Source: a virus (taxonomy: Duplodnaviria; Heunggongvirae; Uroviricota; Caudoviricetes). Taken from it: 64,000 bases of DNA. Of this stretch, positions 28,566 through 38,636 are shown one piece after another. The stretch covers positions 77,903 to 141,902 of IMG/VR virus record IMGVR_UViG_3300013121_000010; one strand, written 5' to 3'. The position numbers and the translations under genes are program-made. The notes below the pieces were generated by a model that saw only the letters and a program-made list of their open reading frames with translations, was not told the DNA's origin and searched no databases. The stretch's first letter is position 1. The number at the start of each line of letters is the position of its first letter.

Positions 28566-29777
28566 TTATAAAATCTGTTTAGCTGGACCTTCAACAAAAT
28601 ATCTAGGTCTACCAGATAAGTCTGTTACCTGTTCTTTTGGGTTAATTCCACCGTGTAGTAGAATAGTATTTAGTAAGTCAATAGGTTGATAGCTTTCAGA
28701 TTTTGGAGCCATACCGTCTTTGTCCACTTCACCAATTACGGAGCCTCCAAAATTACCGCCACCTAGCATTAAAGGCACCGCTCTTGCCCAGTGGTCGCGT
28801 CCAGAGTCCTTATTTATTAAAGTTCTGCCAAACTCGGTTGTGACGACAACCAATGTATCTTTAAGCATACCACGGTCACGCAAGTCTGTCAATAGGGCAG
28901 CTACGCCATTATCAAGTTCTGGACCGCGATTTTCCCAACCATTCTTAATATTTTGGTGCATATCCCAACCACCACTACCAATAGTTACAAATCTAACACC
29001 ATTTTCAACAAGTCTACGAGCTAACAAACAAGATTGACCAAATTGAGTGGAACCATATAACTTATGCATAGATTCAGGTTCGTTCTTAACTTCAAAAACT
29101 TCTCTTACACCACCGATAAGCATATTCTTACCTTGTGTTTTATAACCATCAATATCATTAGCTGTTCTAGTGCCCTTAAACTTTGTATCCATTTGTTCTA
29201 ACATATAGAAACGTTGTGCGAAACGTTCTTTTTCAAGAGAAAGTTGTAAATTCTTCTTTCCTTCTGCACTTACACTAAATGGATTATATGTAGAACCAAT
29301 AAAGGAAGCACCTTCTGCGTGCAATCTGCTAGTAGCTACATAAGCTGGAATGCCACTATTATTTGTTGGCCCATACTTATATGAGAAAATAGCACCAATA
29401 CCAGGGTGATTGATTTGTTCTTCTCCTGTACTATTATAGCCGGTCATTGTATAGTGACTAGCACTACCATGCGAAGCGTTATTGTGTCCATAATTATGTA
29501 CTAAACTATAAGTATCACTTATATTAGCTAATTTTGTAAAAGTGCCACCTAAAAGAAATCCGTTTCTTGTTTTATTATAACCTGTTACAGATAAAGCTCT
29601 TTCATTTACGCTATCTTTACAAATAAACGATTCTTGATGAGAAGCTCCACCTTGCAAGAAAATAAATATAATTGATTTTCTACCAGTTTTTACTTGTTCT
29701 GCATCAATTATATTATTTAATCCAAAACAACTAAAACCACTTAAAATACCAGCTTGCACAAAAGTTCTTCTATCCAT
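28566..29777 (-). CDS. DUF1501-like protein with an N-terminal twin-arginine (Tat-like) signal
   Basis: MDRRTFVQAGILSGF Tat-type leader; GSGGWDMHQN...TTEFGRT blocks typical of the DUF1501 family (sulfatase/phosphatase-like fold, abundant in Planctomycetes and Verrucomicrobia). Confidence 0.5.
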   Translation of the reverse strand: MDRRTFVQAGILSGFSCFGLNNIIDAEQVKTGRKSIIFIFLQGGASHQESFICKDSVNERALSVTGYNKTRNGFLLGGTFTKLANISDTYSLVHNYGHNNASHGSASHYTMTGYNSTGEEQINHPGIGAIFSYKYGPTNNSGIPAYVATSRLHAEGASFIGSTYNPFSVSAEGKKNLQLSLEKERFAQRFYMLEQMDTKFKGTRTANDIDGYKTQGKNMLIGGVREVFEVKNEPESMHKLYGSTQFGQSCLLARRLVENGVRFVTIGSGGWDMHQNIKNGWENRGPELDNGVAALLTDLRDRGMLKDTLVVVTTEFGRTLINKDSGRDHWARAVPLMLGGGNFGGSVIGEVDKDGMAPKSESYQPIDLLNTILLHGGINPKEQVTDLSGRPRYFVEGPAKQIL

Positions 29778-30510
29778 TTTTTATTTTCTCCGAAACTTTA
29801 CAACATAAATATTTAAATAAATCTTCACTTAAACCCATTTTCATGATATTTATATGTTTATGAACCCATTGAACATTATTTTCTAAATAACCTATATTAG
29901 AATCAATTCTATCTAAAGAAGCTGTTATATCAAAATCAAAACCAATATAAATTGGTAAGTCAGATAAAGCACATTTAAAGTTTTGTTTTTTTAATAAATT
30001 ATCTATATATTCTATAGAAATTTTAAATTCAAGATTTCTCTTTTTAGCATTATGATAAATACCATTAAAATATGTTCCAGTTACATATTCACAGCCTTTA
30101 TAATTAAAGCTTTTACGACCAGAAAAATTTAGTGTTTTACATTTTACACAACCAATATCGCGTTCTATATCACTTACTCTTTTTTTTATTATATCATTAC
30201 ATAAACATACGACTATATATGTATTATCATTGATATCATAATCAGCTATTATGAAACCAGAATTAGTTATATCTCCAATTTTATATTTTCTTGTACTTAC
30301 TATAAAACACTTTTTACAAACTTTACTATGGTTTAATCTTTTTAGATTGTAATCAATAACATCTATTACAATACCACATTTACATCTACATTTATAGTAA
30401 TGCCTTTTATTTTTGATAAAATGAGATTCAACGGTAAAATATCCGTATTTTTTATTTATTTCTAAATTTATTTTCTCTTGAGATTTTTTAGGCATATCTA
30501 TCTTATACAC
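29770..30510 (-). CDS. HNH_3-type homing endonuclease
   Basis: C-terminal ASLDRIDSNIGYLENNVQWVHKHIN motif of HNH_3 endonucleases; Cys-rich N-terminus. Confidence 0.5.
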   Translation of the reverse strand: MYKIDMPKKSQEKINLEINKKYGYFTVESHFIKNKRHYYKCRCKCGIVIDVIDYNLKRLNHSKVCKKCFIVSTRKYKIGDITNSGFIIADYDINDNTYIVVCLCNDIIKKRVSDIERDIGCVKCKTLNFSGRKSFNYKGCEYVTGTYFNGIYHNAKKRNLEFKISIEYIDNLLKKQNFKCALSDLPIYIGFDFDITASLDRIDSNIGYLENNVQWVHKHINIMKMGLSEDLFKYLCCKVSEKIKNG

Positions 30511-30527
30511 CTACTCCAAAATCTATG

Positions 30528-31556
30528 TTATATACACACAAAACTCCCACACTTAGGCAAATCTTTTAATCTAGAAGCACCAACATAAGTACAAGCACTA
30601 CGAACACCACCTTTAATTTGTTGTATTACTTTTGAAACTGGACCTTTGTATGGATATTTAACCTCAAAACCTTCTTCTGCTTTATATTCATCAAATTTAC
30701 CATAATACTTTTCCATCATTTTTCTTGATGACATTCCATACGCTAATAGAAAATCCTTATCATCAGATTGAGTGTATTCATTATATTTGTAAAACCAATC
30801 TCCATCACACTCATCTGTTCCGCCCAACATTCCATTGCCGAGCATAACAAAATCGGCACCGGCAACAAACGCTTTTACAACATCCCCAGGTTCCTTACAA
30901 CCGCCATCCGAGCATATATGGGCACCAAGACCGTGAGCAACATCAGAACATTCCATTATAGCAGAAAGTTGTGGAATACCAACACCAGTGACCTTTCTAG
31001 TAGAGCAGTTAGCACCGCTTCCTAAACCAACCTTTACTATATCAACTTTACCATTTATAATCAATTCTTGAGTCATTTCGCCAGTAACTACATTACCAGC
31101 CATTATTATAGAATCAGGACATTTATTGCGAATTTCAGCACAAAATTCAACAAACTTTTGTAAATATCCGTTTGGTACATCAATACATATAAACTTTGGC
31201 TTTTCATTATTTTCTATGAAGCATTTAAAATCACCGTAATCTTCTTCTCTAATTCCTAAAGTATAAAATGAATGTGAATAACCATCATCTTTACAATATT
31301 CACGAAGTACAGTATAGTCGTGAAACTTATGTAAGGCTGTTAAACATTGTTCATTTTTAAGAGCTTCAGCCATTTTGCGTGAACCAGTAGTTTCCATATT
31401 AGCTGCTATAATTGGAAATCCTCTCCAAGTCCTATTAGAATTCTTAAATGCAAAACTTCTATTTATATCTACATCTTTCCTAGAAGAAATTGTAGAACGT
31501 TTTGGTTTAATAAGAACATCTTTAAAATCTAGTAATCTTTGATATTCAATCTTCAT
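30528..31556 (-). CDS. guaC: GMP reductase (GuaC-like, IMPDH/GMPR family)
   Basis: FKDVLIKPKRSTISSR N-terminus, PIIAANMETTGS, GLGSGANCSTR and the active-site Cys loop. Confidence 0.75.
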   Translation of the reverse strand: MKIEYQRLLDFKDVLIKPKRSTISSRKDVDINRSFAFKNSNRTWRGFPIIAANMETTGSRKMAEALKNEQCLTALHKFHDYTVLREYCKDDGYSHSFYTLGIREEDYGDFKCFIENNEKPKFICIDVPNGYLQKFVEFCAEIRNKCPDSIIMAGNVVTGEMTQELIINGKVDIVKVGLGSGANCSTRKVTGVGIPQLSAIMECSDVAHGLGAHICSDGGCKEPGDVVKAFVAGADFVMLGNGMLGGTDECDGDWFYKYNEYTQSDDKDFLLAYGMSSRKMMEKYYGKFDEYKAEEGFEVKYPYKGPVSKVIQQIKGGVRSACTYVGASRLKDLPKCGSFVCI

Positions 31557-31561
31557 ATTAT

Positions 31562-32425
31562 TTACTTATTTCCTGTAGGGACAGTCAAGAAAGGCATATT
31601 ATTAGAATTACCCATATATGTTGGAAGTTTACCATCCCACTTCTGTAAAGCTTCATATTGTAGGAGTTCCGGCTTTAAACTTTCCGTTAGTAGGCGGTTT
31701 GCTTCCGCATCAGCCTTAGCTTTTAATAGTCGGGCTTGTGCTTCACCCTCAGCCTTAGCTTCGGCCTGTCTAGCCTCAGCTTCAATCTGACGAACCTTAT
31801 TTTCTGCTTCAATAGCTAGATTAGTAGCTGTAATAGTTTTATTAATGCTTTGGCTAACAGTATTATCTACTCTAAATTCAGAAATAAAAGAAATATTATC
31901 TATAATAAAACCTTCGTGTTCAAGCTCTGCAACTAATTCATTTTTTACAATTTCAAGAAGCTTAGCCTTACCAACACCAAATATATCAGTAACCTTCATT
32001 TCGGCAGCGTGTTTATTTAATCCGTCTCTAACTTTTGTTCTTAAATAACCATGAGTTAAAGCATCTGCGTCTTTTCTAAACTTAACAAATATGTGAGGAA
32101 TTTTAGATTCCTGTATTTGGTATGCTATACCTACATCTACATTTAAACTAGCACCTTCAATACTATTAAATGTTACAGATTCATCTGTAGGTGAACCTTC
32201 TGTTGCATCCTTAGTCCAAACGGCATTTTGCATAAAAGTTGGAAACTCATAAATAACTTCTGTCATTGGGTTATAAAATACACGTCCAGTTACAAGTGGA
32301 GAATCTTCAACACCCTTACTATTACCATACATATTTACGCGAATACCAGAATGCCCTGGTTCGACATAAGTACAACCAACAAAACAAGAAATAAACGCAA
32401 GAGAAAGAAGTGTGTAAGCTTTCAT
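31562..32425 (-). CDS. SPFH/band-7 domain lipoprotein
   Basis: Lipobox LAFISCFVGC; C-terminal Ala/Glu-rich coiled region typical of HflK/C and stomatin. Confidence 0.65.
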   Translation of the reverse strand: MKAYTLLSLAFISCFVGCTYVEPGHSGIRVNMYGNSKGVEDSPLVTGRVFYNPMTEVIYEFPTFMQNAVWTKDATEGSPTDESVTFNSIEGASLNVDVGIAYQIQESKIPHIFVKFRKDADALTHGYLRTKVRDGLNKHAAEMKVTDIFGVGKAKLLEIVKNELVAELEHEGFIIDNISFISEFRVDNTVSQSINKTITATNLAIEAENKVRQIEAEARQAEAKAEGEAQARLLKAKADAEANRLLTESLKPELLQYEALQKWDGKLPTYMGNSNNMPFLTVPTGNK

Positions 32426-32584
32426 TAAAATTTTCCTTTAAAAGAAACATAAACCAAATAAACTGATAATAAAATTGAGAACAAACCTAGACCGTTTAAT
32501 ATTGAATCTGGTGCTGATAATAATCTACTAGATATGAAAAATGTAATTAGACAAGATAAAATTGTTAATATTCTAAGCATATAC

Positions 32585-32803
32585 TTATTCCTTAGTTATA
32601 GCAGCCATGACTATACATAAAATGCTAAACATCAACAATAAAATTAAAACAAGTGCTATTGGTCCATAAATCGGAAGTAAAACCCACCACCAAGACCAAT
32701 CAATGTATCCAGCAAGTTTTAACCCTATAAATAAAATACCAAGTAAACCAAAAAATCCAACGCCATTATAATTAACAACATTATTTTTTTCTTTCATTTC
32801 CAC
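32585..32803 (-). CDS. small membrane protein
   Basis: Two transmembrane helices. Confidence 0.35.
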   Translation of the reverse strand: MEMKEKNNVVNYNGVGFFGLLGILFIGLKLAGYIDWSWWWVLLPIYGPIALVLILLLMFSILCIVMAAITKE

Positions 32804-33134
32804 ATCCCCTTTTTATCATTTCATCCTTAAAAGATGAACCGTCACTTAAATAAACATGTCCTAATATACGTCCAAGAGAAACAGAGTCCATTAAATGTAG
32901 TGGATTATTAGTAGGAATTTCAAGTATAACTTCTGAACCAATTGGAAGTAATTTACAAGCTTCTTCTTTTGCTCTTATTCCACTACCATCTTTAACACTT
33001 AATTCTGGACAATCTAAGTCTAAAACTCTAACAGGAAAAGTAAGCTCTACCGAAAGAGTTGGTGTATCTCCATCATGTATTGACTCTACTTTAGCTTTAA
33101 AAATAACCGCTGGCTCCTTTGTCTTTGTACTCAT
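32781..33134 (-). CDS. SNase (thermonuclease)-like fold protein
   Basis: IHDGDTPTL...VRVLDLDCPE resembles SNase DGDT/GIDAPE blocks. Confidence 0.35.
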   Translation of the reverse strand: MSTKTKEPAVIFKAKVESIHDGDTPTLSVELTFPVRVLDLDCPELSVKDGSGIRAKEEACKLLPIGSEVILEIPTNNPLHLMDSVSLGRILGHVYLSDGSSFKDEMIKRGCGNERKK

Positions 33135-33137
33135 TTT

Positions 33138-33956
33138 TTAAATCCTCTCTAACATATCAATTGAAACTTCTAATTGTTTTATAACTAAATCAATTTTACT
33201 TTTACTAACTTTATACTTAGTATATTCACACTTACTTATAGTTTTAGCTTCTTTATGAAAACTAACAGTGTTTTTATAGAACTTGTTTTTTTTGTCTTTT
33301 AACGCCAAAACACCTTTTGGTGAAACAGTTAATTTTGAAGCGTGTAACTTATAATTATCAAAGAAATTAAGTAAAGCTGTATTTTGTAATTTCATGTTAC
33401 ACAAATCTAGCCTATTTATACATTCAAAACTTTGCTTACCTTCCCATTTCTTATACCAAACTGATTCTGGTACTCTAAATAATTGATTAGCCCTTAAACA
33501 ATTAGGGTCAGGAGTTATACCTTTCTCATCAAACCAATGCCAAAGTTTACTTTGATATTCATTAAATTTACTTAGATGATATGTTAGGTTTTTATAGAAC
33601 CAAATAAGTTGAAAACCATTTCTAGTCTCTGTAACAACACTTGGTTTAACTGGAAAAGCCTTTATAACCTTCTCTGCTTTTTTCTTAAAAGTATTTACTT
33701 CTCTTAGACTTTTATATTTACCATTAGAATCTCTACCGGCGTCTAAGTCTAAAAATAAAGCTCTAAACTTTTTGATATCTTCAACTTTAGTGCCACCTTC
33801 ATTTAAGTAAAAATAAATATCTTTTCCATAATTAAGATTTTGCTTTACAATAAAATCATATTTTTGTGAAGTTTGCATTGGTGTTTTTTTTGTTAACCCA
33901 CCAACATTATAAAGTATATTTTTACCTAAAAACTTATCAAGAATACTATTATTCAT
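33138..33956 (-). CDS. hypothetical protein
   Basis: ORF only. Confidence 0.35.
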   Translation of the reverse strand: MNNSILDKFLGKNILYNVGGLTKKTPMQTSQKYDFIVKQNLNYGKDIYFYLNEGGTKVEDIKKFRALFLDLDAGRDSNGKYKSLREVNTFKKKAEKVIKAFPVKPSVVTETRNGFQLIWFYKNLTYHLSKFNEYQSKLWHWFDEKGITPDPNCLRANQLFRVPESVWYKKWEGKQSFECINRLDLCNMKLQNTALLNFFDNYKLHASKLTVSPKGVLALKDKKNKFYKNTVSFHKEAKTISKCEYTKYKVSKSKIDLVIKQLEVSIDMLERI

Positions 33957-34353
33957 TGTATAATTTTCCTCTTTCTACCCAATGTTCCTCAAACTTTGAA
34001 CATCCAAAACTTTCTACAAAAAAATCTCTAATCTTATCTTTTTCAAAAAAGTTACATGAATAAATATCTATTGTAGAAAACCTTTTTTCTTCACATGAGT
34101 GAATTTGCAAGCCACTGGTTATTAATCCTACCCAACCACTAACACCTGCCTTATCTGGATATAGTTCATAACGTTTACCATTTTTAAACTCACAAGGAGC
34201 ATGAATAACAATAGGTGGGGTCATTGCTGTCATACCTAATCTATAAACAGCTTCTTCAAGAAACCTATAATGTAACTCTAAATCATCACAAGCTCCAACT
34301 TTACAATCATAAGCATCTAACAAATAAGAATATCCAAATGGTTTATTATTCAT
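33949..34353 (-). CDS. speD: S-adenosylmethionine decarboxylase proenzyme (SpeH/SpeD class 1)
   Basis: DAYDC...L, GVSGWVGLITSGLQIHSCEE and IDIYSC blocks characteristic of the small bacterial AdoMetDC. Confidence 0.6.
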   Translation of the reverse strand: MNNKPFGYSYLLDAYDCKVGACDDLELHYRFLEEAVYRLGMTAMTPPIVIHAPCEFKNGKRYELYPDKAGVSGWVGLITSGLQIHSCEEKRFSTIDIYSCNFFEKDKIRDFFVESFGCSKFEEHWVERGKLYNE

Positions 34354-34675
34354 TAATCACCTGTAAATCACTAGTAAATAAAAATTTGATATTATTAGTT
34401 GTAATGTATGTATCATTATTATCTATTTTTAATAATGTGTAAGGGTTCAATTTCAAATAAAACTCTAAATTATCTGGGTGTATATCAGAATAATAATACC
34501 CTGTATATTCACTACCACCTTCAAAATAGAAATGAATTCTGTAATAATACTTTGTATTTATACTATTATCTATTCTTATGATATTATTTAAATCTAAATT
34601 CGTTTTTTTGTAATATATGTTATAACATCCTATACTAGAAATAAGCACAAGTGATAGTAAAAATAACCTTTTCAT
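34346..34675 (-). CDS. secreted hypothetical protein
   Basis: Signal peptide MKRLFLLSLVLISSIGC. Confidence 0.35.
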   Translation of the reverse strand: MKRLFLLSLVLISSIGCYNIYYKKTNLDLNNIIRIDNSINTKYYYRIHFYFEGGSEYTGYYYSDIHPDNLEFYLKLNPYTLLKIDNNDTYITTNNIKFLFTSDLQVINE

Positions 34676-34677
34676 AT

Positions 34678-34908
34678 TTACTCCTTAATTATTGTATCAT
34701 TTTCATAGAAAGAACAAAGTATTGGTATTTCTTTTAAACAATCAATTGGGTTATTAAAATCAATAAAGTCAGTATCATATATGTAAAACTTATCTAAATC
34801 ATTTTGGTCTACAAAGAAAACCTTTTTACCATATTCATCTGTATGACAATATCCATATAAAGGTTGGTTATAATACATAATTTCATTTAGATTTATTCTT
34901 ACTTCCAT
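34678..34908 (-). CDS. hypothetical protein
   Basis: ORF only. Confidence 0.3.
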   Translation of the reverse strand: MEVRINLNEIMYYNQPLYGYCHTDEYGKKVFFVDQNDLDKFYIYDTDFIDFNNPIDCLKEIPILCSFYENDTIIKE

Positions 34909-35107
34909 AACTTTTACCTAAATAAGAACCGTTCGGTGAATAATAAAAACTTTGTGTTCTTCCGTTATTATAGCGATAGATTCGTTCGTTATAAAGCTGA
35001 CGACCTGATTTATCGAAATAGCGAGAAGTTGAATAGAAATTATCACTTGCTTCGGAAGTTAAATTACTAATTAGAATTAGAGTCGTTATTATTAAGTTCT
35101 TTATCAT
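34883..35107 (-). CDS. secreted hypothetical protein
   Basis: Signal peptide. Confidence 0.3.
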   Translation of the reverse strand: MIKNLIITTLILISNLTSEASDNFYSTSRYFDKSGRQLYNERIYRYNNGRTQSFYYSPNGSYLGKSYGSKNKSK

Positions 35108-35631
35108 TTAATTCTCCAATTATTGAAATCAACGTAATTAGATAAACAAAGAGTTGGTGGATATTCTGGCATACCTATAAATTCATTAGAAAATGGATAA
35201 AAATTATGAGAATATGCAAACTTAAAAGATTTACCAAGATGCGAAACACATCTTTCTAAATGTTGTGGAAAACTATCATGTAAGATAATTACATCACACT
35301 TATCAGAAAGATATTCTACTAACTCACAACGTTCATTCCAATTATCACCATCTATAAAAGCAAAGGAATATCTAAGCTCTGGTTTATTATGTTTCCATTG
35401 AAATTTCACAGCCTCTAAGTAGTTCTCATCATGGTATATATTATGATTATCATCTTTAAAGATTAATAGTTTTTGAAACCAATCGTAATTATTTTCAAAT
35501 GTAATACTTTTCTTGCTTTTCTTAATAATTAATGGTGTAGAAAACAAGCCGCCACCACATTCAATAACAAATTCATTATAATGTTCTAATACGTATTCTA
35601 AAATTGGAATATGAGTATTAAACGGAGACAT
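35104..35631 (-). CDS. hypothetical protein
   Basis: ORF only. Confidence 0.35.
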   Translation of the reverse strand: MSPFNTHIPILEYVLEHYNEFVIECGGGLFSTPLIIKKSKKSITFENNYDWFQKLLIFKDDNHNIYHDENYLEAVKFQWKHNKPELRYSFAFIDGDNWNERCELVEYLSDKCDVIILHDSFPQHLERCVSHLGKSFKFAYSHNFYPFSNEFIGMPEYPPTLCLSNYVDFNNWRIK

Positions 35632-35888
35632 TACTTAGTTCCCTTGTCTTTTAGTAAAATATCAAGCTTAGAATTTACTTCGTCTACAACTTCAAGTTTA
35701 CTTTCAACAGCTTCAACTCTTTGTGTAAGCTTACTTACTCCATAAACATCTGGCAATTGTTCGTATAAACGGTCAACATTACCACCAGCAGCACCAAAAA
35801 GCACTAAAATTGCAGCCCAAGCATAATTCTTAACATCTTTCCACGTTACTGTTTCTAACTTAATTTCAAGACTCTTATCATCATTCAT
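35631..35888 (-). CDS. membrane-anchored hypothetical protein
   Basis: Hydrophobic helix AWAAILVLFGAAGG. Confidence 0.3.
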   Translation of the reverse strand: MNDDKSLEIKLETVTWKDVKNYAWAAILVLFGAAGGNVDRLYEQLPDVYGVSKLTQRVEAVESKLEVVDEVNSKLDILLKDKGTK

Positions 35889-35890
35889 TT

Positions 35891-36403
35891 TTAATTCTCC
35901 AATAGGCGATTAGTCGCTTGATACATTGCAATTGCAGAAGCACACCCAACATTTAGAGAGCGAACACTCCCATACTGTTTAATATAGATTGTAGCAGTAG
36001 CTACGTCAAGTATTTCCTGAGGAACACCAACATTTTCTTCGCCAAAAGCTAAAAGAAAGTATTCACTAGGAAAAGTAAAAGTCGAAATATCAACAGCACT
36101 ACCAATATTGTCAACAGCGATGATTGGAACGTTTCTTGGTAATTCATCTACTTCCTTAACATGTTTAAAATTTGTATAGTTTTGAGTACCTACAGCACCC
36201 CTTCTATCAAACTTTTTACGTCCATATATAATAACTTCTTTAGCAAGAAAGGCGTTGGCATTGCGGATTACGCTTCCTAAATTCAAATCACCTTGTATAT
36301 TAGCACATATAACACCATAGTTAAATCTTTTTTCATTTAAATCTGCTAATATAGCCTCTGTTTTCCAATATTTATAATAGTCGATTACGTTTCGGTTGTC
36401 CAC
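35891..36403 (-). CDS. SpoU/TrmH-family RNA 2-prime-O-methyltransferase
   Basis: SPOUT motifs: LLAFGEENVGVPQEIL and SLNVGCASAIAMYQ. Confidence 0.7.
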   Translation of the reverse strand: MDNRNVIDYYKYWKTEAILADLNEKRFNYGVICANIQGDLNLGSVIRNANAFLAKEVIIYGRKKFDRRGAVGTQNYTNFKHVKEVDELPRNVPIIAVDNIGSAVDISTFTFPSEYFLLAFGEENVGVPQEILDVATATIYIKQYGSVRSLNVGCASAIAMYQATNRLLEN

Positions 36404-36418
36404 TATGTTTTCCTTGCT

Positions 36419-36619
36419 TTAACAACTACCAAATCTATATGAAATAAATGCATATTTTTGTTTTATAAACCCTAGTTCACGCAAAGTTTCAATATCTTCT
36501 TCTGATACAGCGTCTACATCTTCTAAACAGATATATATAACATCATGTTCACATTGAATTGGATTTCTAGAATTTTCATATTTTAAGAAAATCTGTAAAG
36601 CTTTGATTAAATCATTCAT
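36419..36619 (-). CDS. hypothetical protein
   Basis: ORF only. Confidence 0.3.
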   Translation of the reverse strand: MNDLIKALQIFLKYENSRNPIQCEHDVIYICLEDVDAVSEEDIETLRELGFIKQKYAFISYRFGSC

Positions 36620-37160
36620 GGCTAAATCCTTTCTTACTATTTAAAATTTTCTGAATTTCTTCAAAAGAAAACGGTCTGTAAGTACCCAGGAGCTTAAATG
36701 CATTATCAACGCCAACATCCATGCTAAGCCTTTCTGGCATTATTTTATCTAGATTTTCTTCTGCATTTGAATGAGAATGACCATACAGATGAATTGAGCT
36801 ATGATGGGATTTTTCCCAGATAGCCATTGCATAATGACACAAGATTACATCTTGGTCACACACCTTGATTCTTTTGAGGTCAAAGCAAGGAAGAATATTA
36901 GAAAGTTCTTTTCTATGAGACTTATCGTGATTTCCATAAATAAGATTTATGTTTTTACAGTTTATTCTGTCTAGATAATGAGATATATTACGAAATGAAA
37001 AATCACCCAGGTGATATAGCATGTCAGTTGGTTTTACAACTTTATTAATTTCATAAAGTAAACTCTCATCCATATCATAAATAGATGAAAATGGTCTGTT
37101 ACAATACTCTATAATGTTTGTATGACCAAAGTGAGTGTCGGAAGTAAACCAAACTGTCAT
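36612..37160 (-). CDS. calcineurin-like metallophosphoesterase
   Basis: GDxxFR...GNHD...H motifs (LGDFSF, GNHDKSH). Confidence 0.7.
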   Translation of the reverse strand: MTVWFTSDTHFGHTNIIEYCNRPFSSIYDMDESLLYEINKVVKPTDMLYHLGDFSFRNISHYLDRINCKNINLIYGNHDKSHRKELSNILPCFDLKRIKVCDQDVILCHYAMAIWEKSHHSSIHLYGHSHSNAEENLDKIMPERLSMDVGVDNAFKLLGTYRPFSFEEIQKILNSKKGFSHE

Positions 37161-37414
37161 TAGTTAAATACCACCACTTTCTTATTAAACTTTTTTATTT
37201 CAATTTTAACATCAAGACCGTTAGACTGACATTTTTGTATAATTGAATTTGCCGATTTCTTATATCTATCAGAATATTTCTTAGCCTTACCTTTTAAGGT
37301 GGCACCAGAAATAGCATGAATACCAAGAAGAATTGACTGTTGATAAGTAGAAGATTTCCTACAAAGTTTTAAAGCCTTATCAAGAGTCTCTTTGTTATTA
37401 ACCTCATTATACAT
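37160..37414 (-). CDS. hypothetical protein
   Basis: ORF only. Confidence 0.3.
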   Translation of the reverse strand: MYNEVNNKETLDKALKLCRKSSTYQQSILLGIHAISGATLKGKAKKYSDRYKKSANSIIQKCQSNGLDVKIEIKKFNKKVVVFN

Positions 37415-37673
37415 TTTTGCTTAACTCACTTTCTATAAGGCGGTCATGTTGAATACAACCTCTATATTCACCATTAGTAATTCTACTATAAGACTTTCTA
37501 AGAGCTTCTACTTCTGGACCATCTAGTTTTTCAACAAAACATTTTTCTACAGCCATTCTATAAAGAGGAATAACTTGAATACCAACAGACTCATCATAAT
37601 CAAAAAGATGAGAATATCCAAGTTTACTGAACATTTTTTGTTCTGGAACTGATAGTATAGATTTTAATTTCAT
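37407..37673 (-). CDS. hypothetical protein
   Basis: ORF only. Confidence 0.3.
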   Translation of the reverse strand: MKLKSILSVPEQKMFSKLGYSHLFDYDESVGIQVIPLYRMAVEKCFVEKLDGPEVEALRKSYSRITNGEYRGCIQHDRLIESELSKNV

Positions 37674-37675
37674 AG

Positions 37676-37746
37676 TACCCAGTAACAGAATCGAACTGTT
37701 TTAACTAAAATGTAAACTTAGTGTTTTACCATTAAACTAACCGGGC
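37676..37746 (-). tRNA. tRNA-Val (TAC)
   Basis: Acceptor GCCCGGT/ACTGGGT; D stem GTTT/AAAC; anticodon stem CTAAG/TTTAG with loop TTTACAT; T-arm AACAG-TTCGATT-CTGTT. Confidence 0.6.
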
Positions 37747-37752
37747 ATAGTT

Positions 37753-37830
37753 TAGAGAACAGTTAAACAGGTTAGTTGCTTACGCAACATTCAGTTACAA
37801 TGATTGAAGTAACCCATTTATTCACATCTA
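37753..37830 (-). repeat. conserved 78-nt element, copy 1 (second copy at 41185-41261), immediately upstream of a tRNA
   Basis: TAGAGAACAnTTAAACAGGTTAGT + hairpin + ATTGAAGTAACCCATTTATTCACATCTA; the hairpin is GTTGC-TTAC-GCAAC here and GTGC-TTTC-GCAC in copy 2, a compensatory change. Confidence 0.5.
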
Positions 37831-37842
37831 AACTACACTATC

Positions 37843-37870
37843 ATTATACCGCAAAAAAAATTTTTGTCAA
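37843..37870 (-). promoter_or_regulatory. sigma70-like promoter TTGACA-16-TATAAT (minus strand)
   Basis: Reverse complement reads TTGACAaaaattttttttgcggTATAAT. Confidence 0.5.
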
Positions 37871-37925
37871 GTGGGTGGGGTGATTTATTTTTCTTGGTGT
37901 ATAAAATACTAACCGGAGAAAACGT

Positions 37926-38636
37926 ATGACACCCCTCTTTACACAACAAGAATATAAAATATGTAAGTTACACGAAAAGTTACCTTTAGAGTGTAAACAA
38001 TGTAAAAATAAATTTTTCCAAACAAAAAAACAAATAAATAAAGCTTATAGATTTTTATCTGGTGAGTATTTAGCGAACGGTATTACTTGTGATTTTTGTT
38101 CTAAAAAATGTTCTGGAAAACATAAAACTTTAATTAATAGGACTTATATTAACTGTAAAAACTGTAATAAGATAATTTATCTACAAAATAAAGCTGTAAA
38201 AACAAATAATTTTTGTTCTAAATCATGTGCTGTAACATATAATAATAAAAATAAAAAATATGGAACTAGGGTAAGTAAACTTGAAATTTGGCTACAAAAC
38301 CAATTAAAAATTAAATTTCCTAATCTAGTATTTGAATTCAACAAAAAAGAATATATAAAATCTGAACTTGATATTTATATACCTTCTTTGGGCTTAGCTT
38401 TTGAACTTAATGGAATCTTTCATTACGAACCAATTTACGGAGAAGAAAAACTAAAGTCTATACAAAATAATGATTTTAGAAAATTCCAAGCGTGTTTGGA
38501 AAACAATATAGAATTATGTATTATAAACACATCAAATCAAAAACATTTTACAGTAAAAAGTGGCCAAAAATATCTTGAAATTATCTATAATATCATTAAT
38601 GTTAAGTTAAAGGGAGATATATCAGAATCGAACTGA
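37926..38636 (+). CDS. free-standing endonuclease-like protein (DUF559/Vsr-like fold) with a Cys-rich N-terminus; probable homing endonuclease
   Basis: The only plus-strand gene in the tRNA cluster; ELDIYIPSLGLAFELNGIFHYE resembles the DUF559 motif V-D-F...IEvDG..H; RBS ggagaaaacgtATG; its 3-prime end overlaps tRNA-His. Confidence 0.45.
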   Translation: MTPLFTQQEYKICKLHEKLPLECKQCKNKFFQTKKQINKAYRFLSGEYLANGITCDFCSKKCSGKHKTLINRTYINCKNCNKIIYLQNKAVKTNNFCSKSCAVTYNNKNKKYGTRVSKLEIWLQNQLKIKFPNLVFEFNKKEYIKSELDIYIPSLGLAFELNGIFHYEPIYGEEKLKSIQNNDFRKFQACLENNIELCIINTSNQKHFTVKSGQKYLEIIYNIINVKLKGDISESN

